From positions 57,040,001-57,104,000 of the forward strand of contig OX597823.1 of assembly GCA_951406725.2 (NCBI GenBank): a stretch of DNA of 64,000 nt. The letters run 5' to 3'. This stretch comes from Octopus vulgaris (taxonomy: Eukaryota). Below the pieces are notes generated by a model, which made no database searches, was not told the origin of the DNA, and worked only from the letters and a program-made list of their open reading frames with translations. Shown in pieces: positions 28,457 through 42,019 of the stretch (its first letter is position 1; every line of letters begins with the position of its first letter). The translations under genes were made by a program, and so were the position numbers.

Positions 28457-28744
28457 GCCCGGACCGGGCTACGTGTTGTGTTCTCGAGCAAGGCACTTTA
28501 TTTCACGTTGCTTCAGTTCACTCAGCTGTAGAAATGAGTTGCGACGTCACAGGTGCCAAGCTGTATCGACCTTTGTCTTTCCCTTGGATAACACTGGTGT
28601 CGTGGAGAGGGGAGGCCGGTATGCAATGGCGACTGCTGGCCTTCCATAAACAACTTTGCCCGGACTTGTGTCTAGGGGGGTAACTTTCTAGGTGCAATCC
28701 CATGGTCATTCATGACCGAAGGGGGTCTTTACCCTTTTACCCTT
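28457..28744 (+). mobile_element. SINE family C (5'-truncated) with tail F ending (TTTACCC)n
   Basis: CORE-like segment; homologous to 30440-30752. Confidence 0.8.
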
Positions 28745-29231
28745 TATATATATATATATATATATCGTCATATAACTGAAATTTTATATTTTGACGTTAT
28801 TTGCTCTATGTCGCGCGTGTATTGTCAATATTGCACTCGCATTTGAACACTGATTCAATATAAGTACATAATCTGAAACGATGCTGTATGTAGATTCAAA
28901 CTTAATTACGATAACAACTAACGAAAAGTAATCCTGAAGATTTGGTGCGATTTCCCATTCCCTCCACTCATTCTCCCATGTCACTCTTTTTGCATTTAAC
29001 TTGACTTTTGTTCTGGTTTACTCCGAGCAACAATGTATGGTATCATTGAGTGAAATAAATCGTTCACACAATATCTAATACTTTCTATAATTACAGACAA
29101 TACTATCATAGAAATAAGCATTGACAAATACATGATTACAATTATATACGAGCATACAAACATGGACGTGCACAGACACACACACACATGCATACACATA
29201 TAAATATGTATATATCATATGTATGCGTATA

Positions 29232-29273
<42 letters not shown>

Positions 29274-29764
29274 TATATTTAATACATCAGACAATTGTAC
29301 ACTTACAATACACACATACGTACATATGATTTTACTCAGACATACATGTATGCGTAATATATATGCATATATATATGCATATATGTATGAGTATATATAG
29401 ATTTGTCTATCTATCTAGCTATACATACATATATGCACATATATATTTATATATAAATTCATATATATATATAGATGTATATATATGTATATATATGTAT
29501 ATATATATATATATATATATACGCGTACTCCCCTTCCACACGCAACCCCAAACACATTCTCAAACATATGCACATACAAACACACATTCAGATACACACG
29601 CACGCACAAGAAATAATACCAAGTGGATTTGGTATTATTTCTCACGTCAAGATATAATTTTCTACCTCACCGACGCCATTATTCTTCCGAAATTTATTTA
29701 ATAATATCTATTGTATTTAATATTAAACATGATACACACATAGACACACACAGATACGCACAAG

Positions 29765-29807
<43 letters not shown>

Positions 29808-30439
29808 GCACACATGCAAAAGCAAACACATACAATCAGTAACACAGAATTGCTTATATGCATGCACGTGCGCATTTACACATATAAGTACAAAATAGTG
29901 AAAAAGAAAGAGAGATACAGAGAAAGAGAGAGAGAGGGTGAGAGCGAGGAAAAGTAGGGAGAAAGATGTGTATAAATGGATATACGAGAAATTCATACAA
30001 GAATCATACTCCATAGCATGTATGTTACAGAAACAATCCGTCTCTATGTTATACCATGCTAGTATGAATTTTGTTATATGATCGTAGAATGAAGATCCTA
30101 CAGTACCATTACATATATCTGTATAATAGTGTGTGTGGAAATGTATGTATGTATGCATGTATGTATATGTAAGTATATGTATGTGTATATATATGTATAT
30201 ATATGTATATATACGTATATGTATATACACACATATATATATACATATATGTACACTGTATGTAAACTATGCATGTAAATTTATATATGTATACATATAC
30301 ATATATATATATATGTATGTATATATGCATATATATATATATATATGTACATCATGTATATATATGTATATATGTATATATATGTATGTGTGCATGTATA
30401 TATATATATGTATGTATATATATGTATAAATGTATCATA

Positions 30440-30752
30440 ATCGTTAGGCTTTGAGTTCGCCTCCCGGTCCAGGGTGTGTGTTGTGTTCTTGAGCAAGTTA
30501 CTTTGTATCACGTTGCACCAGTTCACTCAACCGTAGAAATGAGTTGCAGCATCACTGGTACCAAGCTGTGTCGGCCTGTTTTTTTTCCCTTGGAGAACAT
30601 TTCTGGTGTGGAGAGGGACAGGTGGTATGCATGGGCGACTGCTGGTCTTCCTGAAATAATCTTACCTGGGCTAGTGCCTCGGAGGGCAACTTTCTTGGTC
30701 CAGTCCCATGGTTATTCACGACGGAAGGACTACTTTAACCTTAGCCTTTACC
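30440..30752 (+). mobile_element. SINE family C with tail F, decayed
   Basis: Homologous to 28457-28744. Confidence 0.75.
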
Positions 30753-30761
30753 CTGTATACG

Positions 30762-30811
<50 letters not shown>

Positions 30812-30860
30812 TGTGTTCGTTTGTGTGTGTGTGCGTTTGTATATATATACACCATGCTGT

Positions 30861-31059
30861 ATATCTTAAGCGGAAATGTAGACTTAGCAGCTCTGCTGTC
30901 TCCGAACACTTTTTGTCACCTTCTGATATGCTTCTGTGCCTTTTAGCAGTATACATCTATACGAAATGTATTTTCAGATACGAATGTCACCGTTTTGTGA
31001 CTCTCTGCAGTATATCCCTTTTAAGTAAGATATACAGAATGCTAATTTGCTCTGATATT

Positions 31060-31105
<46 letters not shown>

Positions 31106-31276
31106 ATCTTACTTAAAACGGATATACTGCAGAGAGTCACAAAACGGTGACATTCGTATCTGAAAATACATCTCGTATAGATGTATACTGCTAAAAGGCA
31201 CAGAAGCATATCAGAAGCTGACAAAAAGTGTTCGGAGACAGCAGAGCTGCTAAGTCTAGATTTCGGCTTAAGATAT
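30861..31276. repeat. Inverted repeat, ~175-bp arms (30861-31036 / 31101-31276) around (TA)n
   Basis: Arms are near-identical reverse complements; the ORF track shows SDMLLCLLAVYIYT..YECHRFVTLCSIS on both strands. Confidence 0.95.
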
Positions 31277-32091
31277 ATATATATATATATATATAATATG
31301 AATTAGAGATAAAACCACTATTATGCAACTCAAACAGTGATAGACATAAACCAATACACAAATAACAAATAATATATATATATTGTGAAATTTGATTTAA
31401 TACTAAATTGAATTTTTCCCTGTAAGTTTGGAATTATACTCCCTAATATTATTATTATCATATACATATATGTGTGTATGTATAAACCAATGAAATATAA
31501 ACAACGAAATAAAATATGAAAATCTCTCAGTCTCAACAATATTTAACGATATGTATGAAAATACTGAAAGTTGTTGGCACGTTTCTACTGCCAAATTACG
31601 ATTTCATATTGAGTGTTGAGTTTATGGTGTGAAAAATCAATCTGAAAAGAGAGTTAGGGAGATAGCTAATTTTATTTTTCATCATATGAAGTTTCAACAT
31701 TTTACATCAAAAGTGACGTGTTAAATGAGGTTTGTGCGAAATTTATACAATGTCTGATTTGAAATATCAATTTCTTTTATTTAGAGAAAACTGCCTGTTA
31801 TTCTGTTCCTCACCAAAGAAAGGAAAAGAGAATTTTCGAACCCTATCAACGGAAATATTTTATGTAGTTATCGTCCATGTTGTTGATTAGGTCCAGGTTA
31901 GCTGTTATAGCAGAATTATAATTAAGAGCATTTCAATAGGAGCAGCGTGGTAAAGATGTTGCATAAACATGACCATGATTATATTTGGCTACGAATAGTT
32001 GTATTTCTTGATAGTCATTTGCAGCTGTTTTGAAAGTTCAGTGATTTGTCGACGTAATAATGTATATTATGTATAAAAATTATATACATAG

Positions 32092-32248
32092 GTGCAGGCG
32101 TGACTGTGTGGTAAGAAACTTGCTTCTTAACCACATGGTTCTGGGTTCAGTCCTACTGCATGGCACCTTATCTTCTACTGTAACCTCGAGCCGACGAAAG
32201 TCTTGTGACTGGATTTGGTAGACTGAAGCTAAAAGAAGCCGCTCGTAT

Positions 32249-32297
<49 letters not shown>

Positions 32298-32680
32298 TAA
32301 ACAGTGAAGCGTGGCTATGTGGCAAGACATTTGCACCCTATCCACATGCATCTGGGTTCAGTCTGACGGCGTAGCACTTAGGAAAAGTGTCTTCTAGTAT
32401 AGCCCCTACTTGATCAAGAACGTGATTTGGTTGAAAGAAGACAGACGTGTATATATATATACACATACATATATATCTGTGCGCCTTTGTCTCGTGTTTT
32501 GGTGCACACCACCGCACCACAACCGATATTGGTTTGTTTACGTCCCTTCAACTTGGTGACTCGACCAAAGATGTAGTACCAGGTTTTAAAAATAAGTACT
32601 GCGATCGATTTGTTCTAACTAAACCCTTGAAGGTGGTACCTCAGCATCGCTGCAGTCCAATAAATGAAACAAATAAGAAT
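32092..32680 (+). mobile_element. Two adjacent SINE family D copies (32092-32247 head half; 32308-32680 decayed full copy)
   Basis: Family D head and tail homology. Confidence 0.8.
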
Positions 32681-32687
32681 TATACAT

Positions 32688-32808
<121 letters not shown>

Positions 32809-32818
32809 CATGCATATG

Positions 32819-32850
<32 letters not shown>

Positions 32851-32893
32851 CATGCATATGCATATGTAAATATATATACATACATACATGTAC

Positions 32894-32927
<34 letters not shown>

Positions 32928-33038
32928 TTATATATATACATGCATATGCATATGTAAATATATATATACATACATACATGTACACACACACACACATATA
33001 TATATATAATATATACACATATATATATGTATAATATA

Positions 33039-33076
<38 letters not shown>

Positions 33077-33215
33077 CATATGTATATATATACATGTATA
33101 TGTATATATTTATATATATACATATACATGTATATATGTATATATACATATATATATATACGTACATGTATATATGTATATATATACATATATATTCATA
33201 TAGATATGTATATGC

Positions 33216-33246
<31 letters not shown>

Positions 33247-33255
33247 CATATATAA

Positions 33256-33311
<56 letters not shown>

Positions 33312-33928
33312 ATATGTATATATAATACATGAATAATTACAAATATTATTCATATAATTGTTTGATGATTTAATTGTTTATTTCTTCATTAACTTACGAA
33401 TATTCTCCTTGATTTAATTAGATAATAATTATTTATTGATTAACATATTTATTCATTAATTTAAAATCTAAAATGGTTCTTCCTGATTAAATGGTTCAAC
33501 TTTAATTACTCACTGGATAATAAAAATTTCTCCCCAAAGAGCTATTTGTGATTTTATCCATTAGCTTTTAAAATCCTACGTACTTCTACTTATTTATTCG
33601 TTTATTTATATTTTAATGTATTTGTAGCCAACTTTAACACTAACTACTTGAAGAATAAATCCTGTTCCTGCTCTTTCATAGAATTACTAGCAGTTCTCAT
33701 TTCATTATCTTGTTAAGAGTTCATTGTGTTTATTTTATGCTCATAGACTGTTCTTTTCTCTTTCTGAGCTTAGACATCAAGAACATCCCGCATATCGTTA
33801 CAACATGCCATTTTGTTACTATCTTATGAGTGGCTGCTCGTCCGTCCTATAAAGTACATCACTTTAGTAGATGTAAACCGTAGTCCCTCTGAAAGAAGTA
33901 AGCCTAGTATTGTAAAATTACACCCCAC

Positions 33929-33960
<32 letters not shown>

Positions 33961-34042
33961 CTCTCTATCTATCTGTCTATCTATCTATCTCACTCCTCTG
34001 TCTTGTTCTCTCTCTCTCTTTTGACGTGACTATGACGTAATA

Positions 34043-34176
34043 AGCTTGGCTCTCAACCATATGGCTCCGTGTTCAGTCACACTGCGTTGCACCTAGGGCG
34101 AATGTATTCTACTATATCCTCGGGTCGATCACATGTGAGTGGATTTGGTTGACAGAATTTGAAAGAAGCCCATCGT
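34043..34176 (+). mobile_element. SINE family D head half
   Basis: ..caaccatatggctccgtgttcagtc..gaaagaagcccatcg, then (TA)n. Confidence 0.75.
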
Positions 34177-34199
34177 ATATATATATATATATATATATA

Positions 34200-34323
34200 T
34201 GATGATTTCTTTTGAATGAAACAGTTCTAGTCCTGTAGAAGCTCCTTCTATAAAATAAATTAATTTACTCTGCTATGTATTGAGTACCTTATTTACTGTG
34301 GTTAACCCCGACTCAACCCGGGA

Positions 34324-34326
<3 letters not shown>
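34200..34326 (+). mobile_element. 5'-truncated copy of F4 element 3' end (partial hammerhead), tail-to-tail with 34365-34490
   Basis: TGATGA-tttcttttgaat-GAAA-cag ttctagtc ctg-TA-gaagct; about 7 differences from the neighbouring inverted copy. Confidence 0.85.
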
Positions 34327-34367
<41 letters not shown>

Positions 34368-34450
34368 GGTCCCGGGTTGATTCGGGGTTAACCACAGTAA
34401 GTAAGGTACTCAATACATAGCAGAGTAAAATTAATTTATTATATAGAAGG

Positions 34451-34501
34451 AGCTTCTACAGGACTAGTACTGTTTCATTCAAGAGAAATCTTCAGGAAGC
34501 T
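34451..34501 (-). ncRNA. Type I hammerhead ribozyme, intact core
   Basis: agcttc-CTGAAGA-tttc tctt gaat-GAAA-cag tactagtc ctg-TA-gaagct. 6-bp stem I, GUA triplet. Confidence 0.85.
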
Positions 34502-34844
34502 ATTTAACAAGAATTGTATTAGCATTTATACATTTAGGCAGGTTTAAAGGAGTGGTGGTGGGGGACTTTTTGGGGGTAGGCATAGCGCAAAATATCATAC
34601 TTGGGGGAGTGGTCAAGGAGTCAGTGGTAAGTTAGATGAAAGAATAGATAAATAAAAAAATAAAAAAATAAAAAAATAAAAAATATATATAAAAAATATA
34701 TATAAAAAATATATATATAAAAATATATATATAAAAAAAAGGGGGGATAGAGTTATAGGTAAATAAGGAGATTCTCACTTATACCTATACACACATGTAT
34801 ACGTATCTACACACACATATATATATATACACATATATATATAT

Positions 34845-34889
<45 letters not shown>

Positions 34890-35694
34890 CATATATACAC
34901 ACATACATACATATCTATATACACACATACATACACCCGCCCACATATACAAATTTATACACATGCACATGCCTATACCTGTCTACACATACACACACGT
35001 ATATATGCATACACTCACTCCCATGCATGCACGCATACACACATGTATATATATATATATACCCACGACCACACATACATATATACACATAAAAATATAT
35101 ATTCATACGCACATACACTCATGCACACACAACAACACACCTAGTTCCCTATATACACATATTTACACCTATATATACATACACCCACATACACCTATGT
35201 ACACATATATATATATATATATATAAACATATACACGCATACATATATATACATGTGTGCACATACATACATACACACATATATACATACACATACACAT
35301 ACACATGTGTACCTATACATACCTACACATACACACATACATACATACAAATATACATATACATATATATATATACAATCCAATACAGGCCCATTCCCTA
35401 ATTTTAATTTTATTATCTTCATTTATTACTTATCTTTGATCGCTAGAGCTAAGAATCCTGGCAATGGCTGCATGTCCATTTGTCTGTCTACTAGAAGGCG
35501 AAACTACTACAGAAGGCGCGCTCGTACACAGGAGGACATACCTGCTGTGACCTATGCATATCAGAGAGCCTAGAGATCTTGTTCGCCAAAGGCCCTCTCC
35601 TTAACAAATTTTCAGAACACTCCCCAAATTGCATGCATAAGAAGTATGCGAACTACAAGAACTATAGACCTACCCGGCAACCTGATTGATGACA

Positions 35695-35765
35695 ACCCCC
35701 CCCCCTACAACCACCCCCCTACAACCACCCCCCTACAACCACCCCCCTACAACCCCCCCCAACCC
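35695..35765. repeat. 14-bp tandem repeat (CCCCCTACAACCAC) x~4
   Basis: Direct reading. Confidence 0.9.
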
Positions 35766-35967
35766 CACTGTTCCCCTAGCACCCCCGATTACCTTTTCTC
35801 CTAAGACCTTTCACATATTATATGTGCACGCTTGTATATGTGTATCGTATGTATGTATATATGTATAGAAATGCATGGGTACAGTAGGAATATACGCATG
35901 TATTATGTGTATATATATGTGTGTGTGTGTGTATGTATGCATGTAAAAATATATATGTATATATATT

Positions 35968-36006
<39 letters not shown>

Positions 36007-36663
36007 GCTTGTATGTGTGTGTGTGTGTATATGTGTATATGTGTTTGTATGTATATGTGTATATATGTATATGCATATGTATGTGTAAATGTATGTGCTT
36101 ATGTATGTGTATGTATGTATAAAATATTATATAATTAGGGCTTAGGAAAATAAAATAAATTACTTTGCCACATACTAAACTTTCTAGAAATAGCAGCCAA
36201 TAAAGTTTTTTAGCCTCTTCCACTACTTAGAGAATTTTTTCCCTCTTACATTGTTTACTCAAAATAATAATGGTCCCTTTACATACTGAACACTTGATGA
36301 AATTGATTAATAACTAATTAACTTTACCCTCCCTTGTTGATATATATATACATATGTATATGTGTACATGTATGTATATATATATATATATATATGTGTG
36401 CGTGTATGTGTGTATGTATGTATTTGTATATGTGTGTGTGTATATGTATGTGTGCGCGTGTGTGTGTATGTATGTGTATGTATACTTGTATATGTATATG
36501 CATGAATGTATATATATGTGTGTGTATATGTGTATTATGTATGTATTTATATAGATATGTAGTTTATATATATATATGTATGTATATGCATCTGTCTGTG
36601 TGTGTGTATGTGTATATATGTGTATCATTTTTGCGTATGTATACATGTATATGTGTATATGTA

Positions 36664-36700
<37 letters not shown>

Positions 36701-36831
36701 GTGTATATATATATATGTATATATATATATATGCATACGTATGTGTATGTACATGTATATATGTATGTGTGTATATGTATATATGTTTATATATGTGAGT
36801 ATGTAGTGATATAAGTATATGCATGTGTATA

Positions 36832-36862
<31 letters not shown>

Positions 36863-36941
36863 GTATGGGTATGTGTATCAGTGTATATGTATATATGTAT
36901 GTGTGTGTGTATGTATATGTATGTATATATGTATATATGTA

Positions 36942-36974
<33 letters not shown>

Positions 36975-37029
36975 GTGTATATGTGTGTATGTATGTGTAT
37001 GTGTATGTATGTATATATATATATATATA

Positions 37030-37081
<52 letters not shown>

Positions 37082-37358
37082 TGCGTGTGTGTATGTATGC
37101 ATATATGTATGTATGCATGTATATGTGTATGTATATATATGTGTGTAAGTGTGTGCATATATGTATATGTAGGTATGCGTGCGCGTATGAGTATGTACGT
37201 ATGCTTGCACACGTGTATATATATGTGTGTGTGTGTATATATATGGATGCGCGTGCGTGTGTGCACGTGTATGGGTACGCATGTATATGTGTATGTGCGT
37301 GTATGTGTATACGTGTATGTATGTATGTGTGTGCGTAGATTTGTATATGTATGTGTGA

Positions 37359-37395
<37 letters not shown>

Positions 37396-37569
37396 TGGGT
37401 GTGTGTATGCGTATAAATGCATGTAAGTATGGATGTATGGATGTATGTATGTATGTATACGTATGTATGTGTGTATGTGTGTATGTATATATATATGTGT
37501 GTATATATGTTTGTGTATGTATATATATGTGTATGTATGTGTGTGTATATGTATGTGTGTATGTGTATG

Positions 37570-37613
<44 letters not shown>

Positions 37614-38497
37614 TATGTATCTGTATGTAGGAGTATATATGTGTGTGTGTGTATGTATATGTGTGTATATATATATATATGTATATTTATTGGTGTATAT
37701 GTATAGACTAGCCTCCTAAAGTGTAGACACGAATCTGTAGGTACGAGTACGTATGTGTATATACGTGAACGTATGTAGATGTTTGTATGTATGAATATAA
37801 CGCGTGCGTACGTGTATGTGTATGAGTGTACGAATGGGTGAATGTACGTGCTAATGAGTGTGCGTGCGGGAATGAGTACTTGCCTTCTAGTAGACAGACA
37901 AATGGACATGCAGCCATTGCCAGGATTCTTAGCTCTAGCGATCAAAGATAACAAAGTAATAAATGAAGATAATAAAATTAAAATTAGGGAATGGGCCTGT
38001 ATTGGATTGTATATATATATATGTATATGTATATTTGTATGTATGTATGTGTGTATGTGTAGGTATGTATAGGTACACATGTGTATGTGTATGTGTATGT
38101 ATATATGTGTGTATGTATGTATGTGCACACATGTATATATGTGTATGCGTGTATATGTTTATATATATATATATATATATGTACATAGGTGTATGTGGGT
38201 GTATGTATATATAGGTGTAAATATGTGTATATAGGGAACTAGGTGTGTTGTTGTGTGTGCATGAGTGTATGTGCGTATGAATATATATTTTTATGTGTAT
38301 ATATGTATGTGTGGTCGTGGGTATATATATATATATATATACATGTGTGTATGCGTGCATGCATGGGAGTGAGTGTATGCATATATACGTGTGTGTATGT
38401 TTAGACAGGTATAGGCATGTGCATGTGTATAAATTTGTATATGTGGGCGGGTGTATGTATGTGTGTATGTAGATATGTATGTATGTGTGTATATATG

Positions 38498-38542
<45 letters not shown>

Positions 38543-38882
38543 ATATATATATATGTGTATATATATATATGTGTGTGTAGATACGTATACATGTGTGTAT
38601 AGGTATAAGTGAGAATCTCCTTATTTACCTATAACTCTATCCCCCTTTTTTTATATATATATTTTTATATATATATTTTTTATATATATTTTTTATATAT
38701 ATTTTTTATTTTTTATTTTTTTATTTTTTTATTTATCTATTCTTTCATCTAACTTACCACTGACTCCTTGACCACTCCCCCAAGTATGATATTTTGCGCT
38801 ATGCCTACCCCCAAAAAGTCCCCCACCACCACTCCTTTAAACCTGCCTAAATGTATAAATGCTAATACAATTCTTGTTAAAT

Positions 38883-38933
38883 AGCTTCCTGAAGATTTCT
38901 CTTGAATGAAACAGTACTAGTCCTGTAGAAGCT
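38883..38933 (+). ncRNA. Type I hammerhead ribozyme, intact core (predicted cleavage after A38927)
   Basis: Identical to the 34451-34501 motif on the opposite strand. Confidence 0.85.
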
Positions 38934-38948
38934 CCTTCTATATAATAA

Positions 38949-38986
<38 letters not shown>

Positions 38987-39289
38987 GTGTGTGTGTGCAT
39001 ATATATATGTGTGTGTGTGTGTATATCGGGGCGGAAATGTGTGTATATGTTTGTGTTTGTGTTTGTCACCCATCACCGCTTGACAACCGGTGTTGATTTG
39101 TTTACGTCCTTTTATTTTAGCAGTTCAGCAAAAGAGACCTATAGAATATGTACCAGACATGAAACATTACCTCTTCAAAGTGTTTCCCCAGCATGATCGC
39201 ATTCTACTGACTGAAAAAAGTAGAAGATAAAATATAATACACGTCGCCGTCCATTTACAACCTATCCGACTTACGACCGGTCATCTTAG

Positions 39290-39600
39290 AAACGTCTGGA
39301 CCACACGTACACTTGTGTGCGGCTCATAAACTCCTTCCTATACACTTCCTGCAACTTTGTGTAGGCTTCTGACCAGGTATCGCCATGACAACTTCCTCTG
39401 TCATGGTCAATGCGAGGATCACACGCTACACACTTTCCTTCCATGCACTGCTGTAAACAGCGGAAGTGAGCGAGAATATTAAAAGATATTGCGCATGCAC
39501 AGCAGTGTGCAAGGTCAATTTTTGCCAAATGGCTTTATTCTGCATGCTTTAGCTTCGTTACTATTGCAACAGTCCGGATACTTATTGACCAGACTTAGTA
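39290..39600 (-). mobile_element. Mariner 5' remnant (TIR + HTH-coding fragment)
   Basis: TA-CTAAGTCTGGTCAATAAGTATCCGG terminus; SEAYTKLQEVYRKEFMSRTQVYVWSRRF. Confidence 0.7.
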
Positions 39601-39689
39601 TATATGTATGTTAAATATATATGTATGTGTGTATGTGTGTGTGTGTGTGTGTGTAATGTACTTGTTCGTGATAGAAAATTCAACAAAAA

Positions 39690-41200
39690 AGTACTCCATT
39701 TGGTGAGAGATAAATGTACATCAACTTTTCTCCATCATCGTGGACAACACCTACTTCTCTTTCCAGGACCATATATGCAAACAGACATCAGGTCTCCCCA
39801 TGGGATCTAGTCTCTCGAGCCTACTAGCCATCACTTAGATGAACCATCTGGAACGTCGAGCACTCAACATCTGCCGCTCATGCGCCTTCTTCACCAGATA
39901 CGTAGATGACATCCTCATACTCACATCCTCCCGTGAAGAGGCTGACAGAATATTCACGACGTTCAATAACATGGACATGAACATAAATTTCACTATAGAA
40001 CATCCCGACATCACTGAATCGCTATCACTACTTGACTTCAAACTGAATATAACGGAGAAGGGGAGATCCACAACGAGTTCTACAGGAAAGCAGCCAGTAG
40101 AGATATGTTTGTCGAATACAATTCAGCACTTCCACTCGGTGCCAAAATAGGACAGGCCAGAAATGAACTTGCACACATCCAGGGAAAGTGCAGCAGAACG
40201 GAGGACATGGTGACCTACACTACACGCTTCCTAGATATATTGAAAACCAACGGGTACCCTAGATCCATTGTAAATCGGCTTAAGTACCCAAGACGACCAA
40301 CACGCCGAACACATAGAAAACCCAGCAACACACGCTTCCTTAAAATACCCCATTTTAGCGAGAGGATAACTCCATCCATCCGAAGAGCCATAAGAAGAGA
40401 AGGGTTAGACATACAACTAGCCCACTCCGGCCCCTCTCTGAGAGGACACCTCGCAAAGAAACGAACAAGGGACAACAATCAATGCACAATAACAAACTGT
40501 CCCATCCGTGACATAGCTTTATTCCAACAGGTAAACGCTGTGTATAGAATACAATGTAACAAATGCAACAAGTTCTATGTGGGTGGCACAACAAGACCGT
40601 TACACGTCCGCATCAAGGAACATCTGAATACGAGAGCCTCATCCGTCAGAAAACATATAGACAGATGCCGGAACACCGACAAAAGCATAACAGCCACAAT
40701 TGAGGCCAAGGAAAGCAATTTGGGTAATTTAAGAATCAAGGAAGCTATACTCATATACAGACTAGGACCCCAAAATTGCAACTGGCTGGTGGTTGGTAAA
40801 TAATATATTATTTAGCTACATCTGGATGCGTGTAGGTTCATTTTTGATATGCTCATCTATTGTTTAAAACAAAAAAAGAAATAGAAGAGAAGAAAAAGAA
40901 GGGGAACAAAAAAGGAAGCTGCACGTATAATACGTAACTTAGAAGCAGCTCTACAGATGTACCAACACACACGAGATTGAGACGTAGCCGACCTCACGCA
41001 CTTCTCATGAGGAATTCCGGAAGGAGCTTCGTGAGACCACTGCTGAGATGCTTCTGAAAAATGAGAAGCCGTTGGAAAACCGATTATAGCAGCGACTCCA
41101 TCTAAGAATATCTGAAGAAGTAATTTTATTCCGAAATATCATCGGAATTACAACAGGTATATTGTCCATTTTTTATATTATAGTGCATTGTTGTACCATT
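39690..41200 (+). mobile_element. 5'-truncated Penelope-like element (RT core to GIY-YIG), few disablements
   Basis: QTSGLPMGSSLS, FFTRYVDDILIL, SLLDFKL and LKTNGYP, then GIY-YIG AVYRIQCNKCNKFYVGGTTRPLHVRIKEH (ORFs 39839-40150 and 40105-40803). Confidence 0.93.
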
Positions 41201-41259
41201 CAAAACTTTTTATTCTTTATGCATATTATTTATTTTAAAGGTCACCAAACATGTATTAA

Positions 41260-41840
41260 TGCGCTACTGATTGTTTCATATGTTGAGAAAGCACATATCA
41301 TAAGGAACTAAATTATTTGAATGATAGATGAAACGCAAAATGACCGAGAAGTCAGCATATAGAAAACGCTGACAGTAAACATCGGAAAACGAAAAACGGA
41401 AATCGAAAAACAGAAACTACACTGTAAAAAAAAAAAAAAAGGTACAAAAGTAAAAGAGATATCCTCCTTAAACCGTAAAAGATAAGGCTGGAAAGATATT
41501 AGGTCAGAAATTTTCAGTGGTTGCATGCATATATATAAATATATTTAGAAGAATTGGAAATTTTCACCTATTCCCGACTGACTTGGTATCTTTCCAGTCT
41601 TATCTTTTACGGTCTAAGGAGGATAGCTCTTTTACTTTTTTATTTTTTATTTTTTTTTACATTGTAGTTTCTGTTTTTCGTTCTCCATTGTTTACTGCCT
41701 ATGTTTTCTATATGCTGCCTTCTCTTTTTTTTTTTTCGCGTTTCTTCTATCATTCAATTTCTTTAGTTCGTTATAATACGTGGTTTGCGCCTGAAGAATA
41801 TGTTTGATTTTCTGAACATATGAAACTATTAGTCTCTCTT
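41260..41840. mobile_element. Head-to-head pair of pLTR-like elements (F5), diverged ~210-bp inverted arms
   Basis: Arms 41290-41510 / 41578-41790 are reverse-complement homologues; each runs outward into hammerhead sequence. Confidence 0.8.
41786..41839 (+). ncRNA. Type I hammerhead motif, intact core, stem I 3' strand mutated
   Basis: tgcgc-CTGAAGA-atatgtt..aacatat-GAAA-cta t tag-TC-tctct. The sister copy (41260-41285, minus) retains ..aacatat-GAAA-caatcag-TA-gcgca. Confidence 0.7.
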
Positions 41841-42019
41841 TAATATATATATTGTGACCTTTAAATAAATAATATGTAATCATGTATTATATTTTATCTC
41901 TTATTTATTTCAGTCATTGGACTGCGGCCATGCTGGGGCACCACCTTACTTGTTTCAGTCAATAGACCCCAGTACGTATTTTTGAGTCTGGTATTTTTTC
42001 GATTGCTTTCTTTCGCCGA

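Larger units (their letters stand above)
34365..38950. mobile_element. Non-coding, microsatellite-filled PLE-like element (F4) with ~1.07-kb inverted arms (34434-35499 / 37882-38950)
   Basis: Arms are near-identical reverse complements; only the left arm has an extra ~70-nt 3' tail; both ends abut (TA)n; each arm carries a hammerhead. Confidence 0.85.

Noticed and set aside
36878-38128. 416-aa ORF and the many other YI/HT/CV/YLSI/poly-I/poly-N ORFs
   Set aside because: They are translations of stop-free microsatellite frames, with no domain or codon signal.
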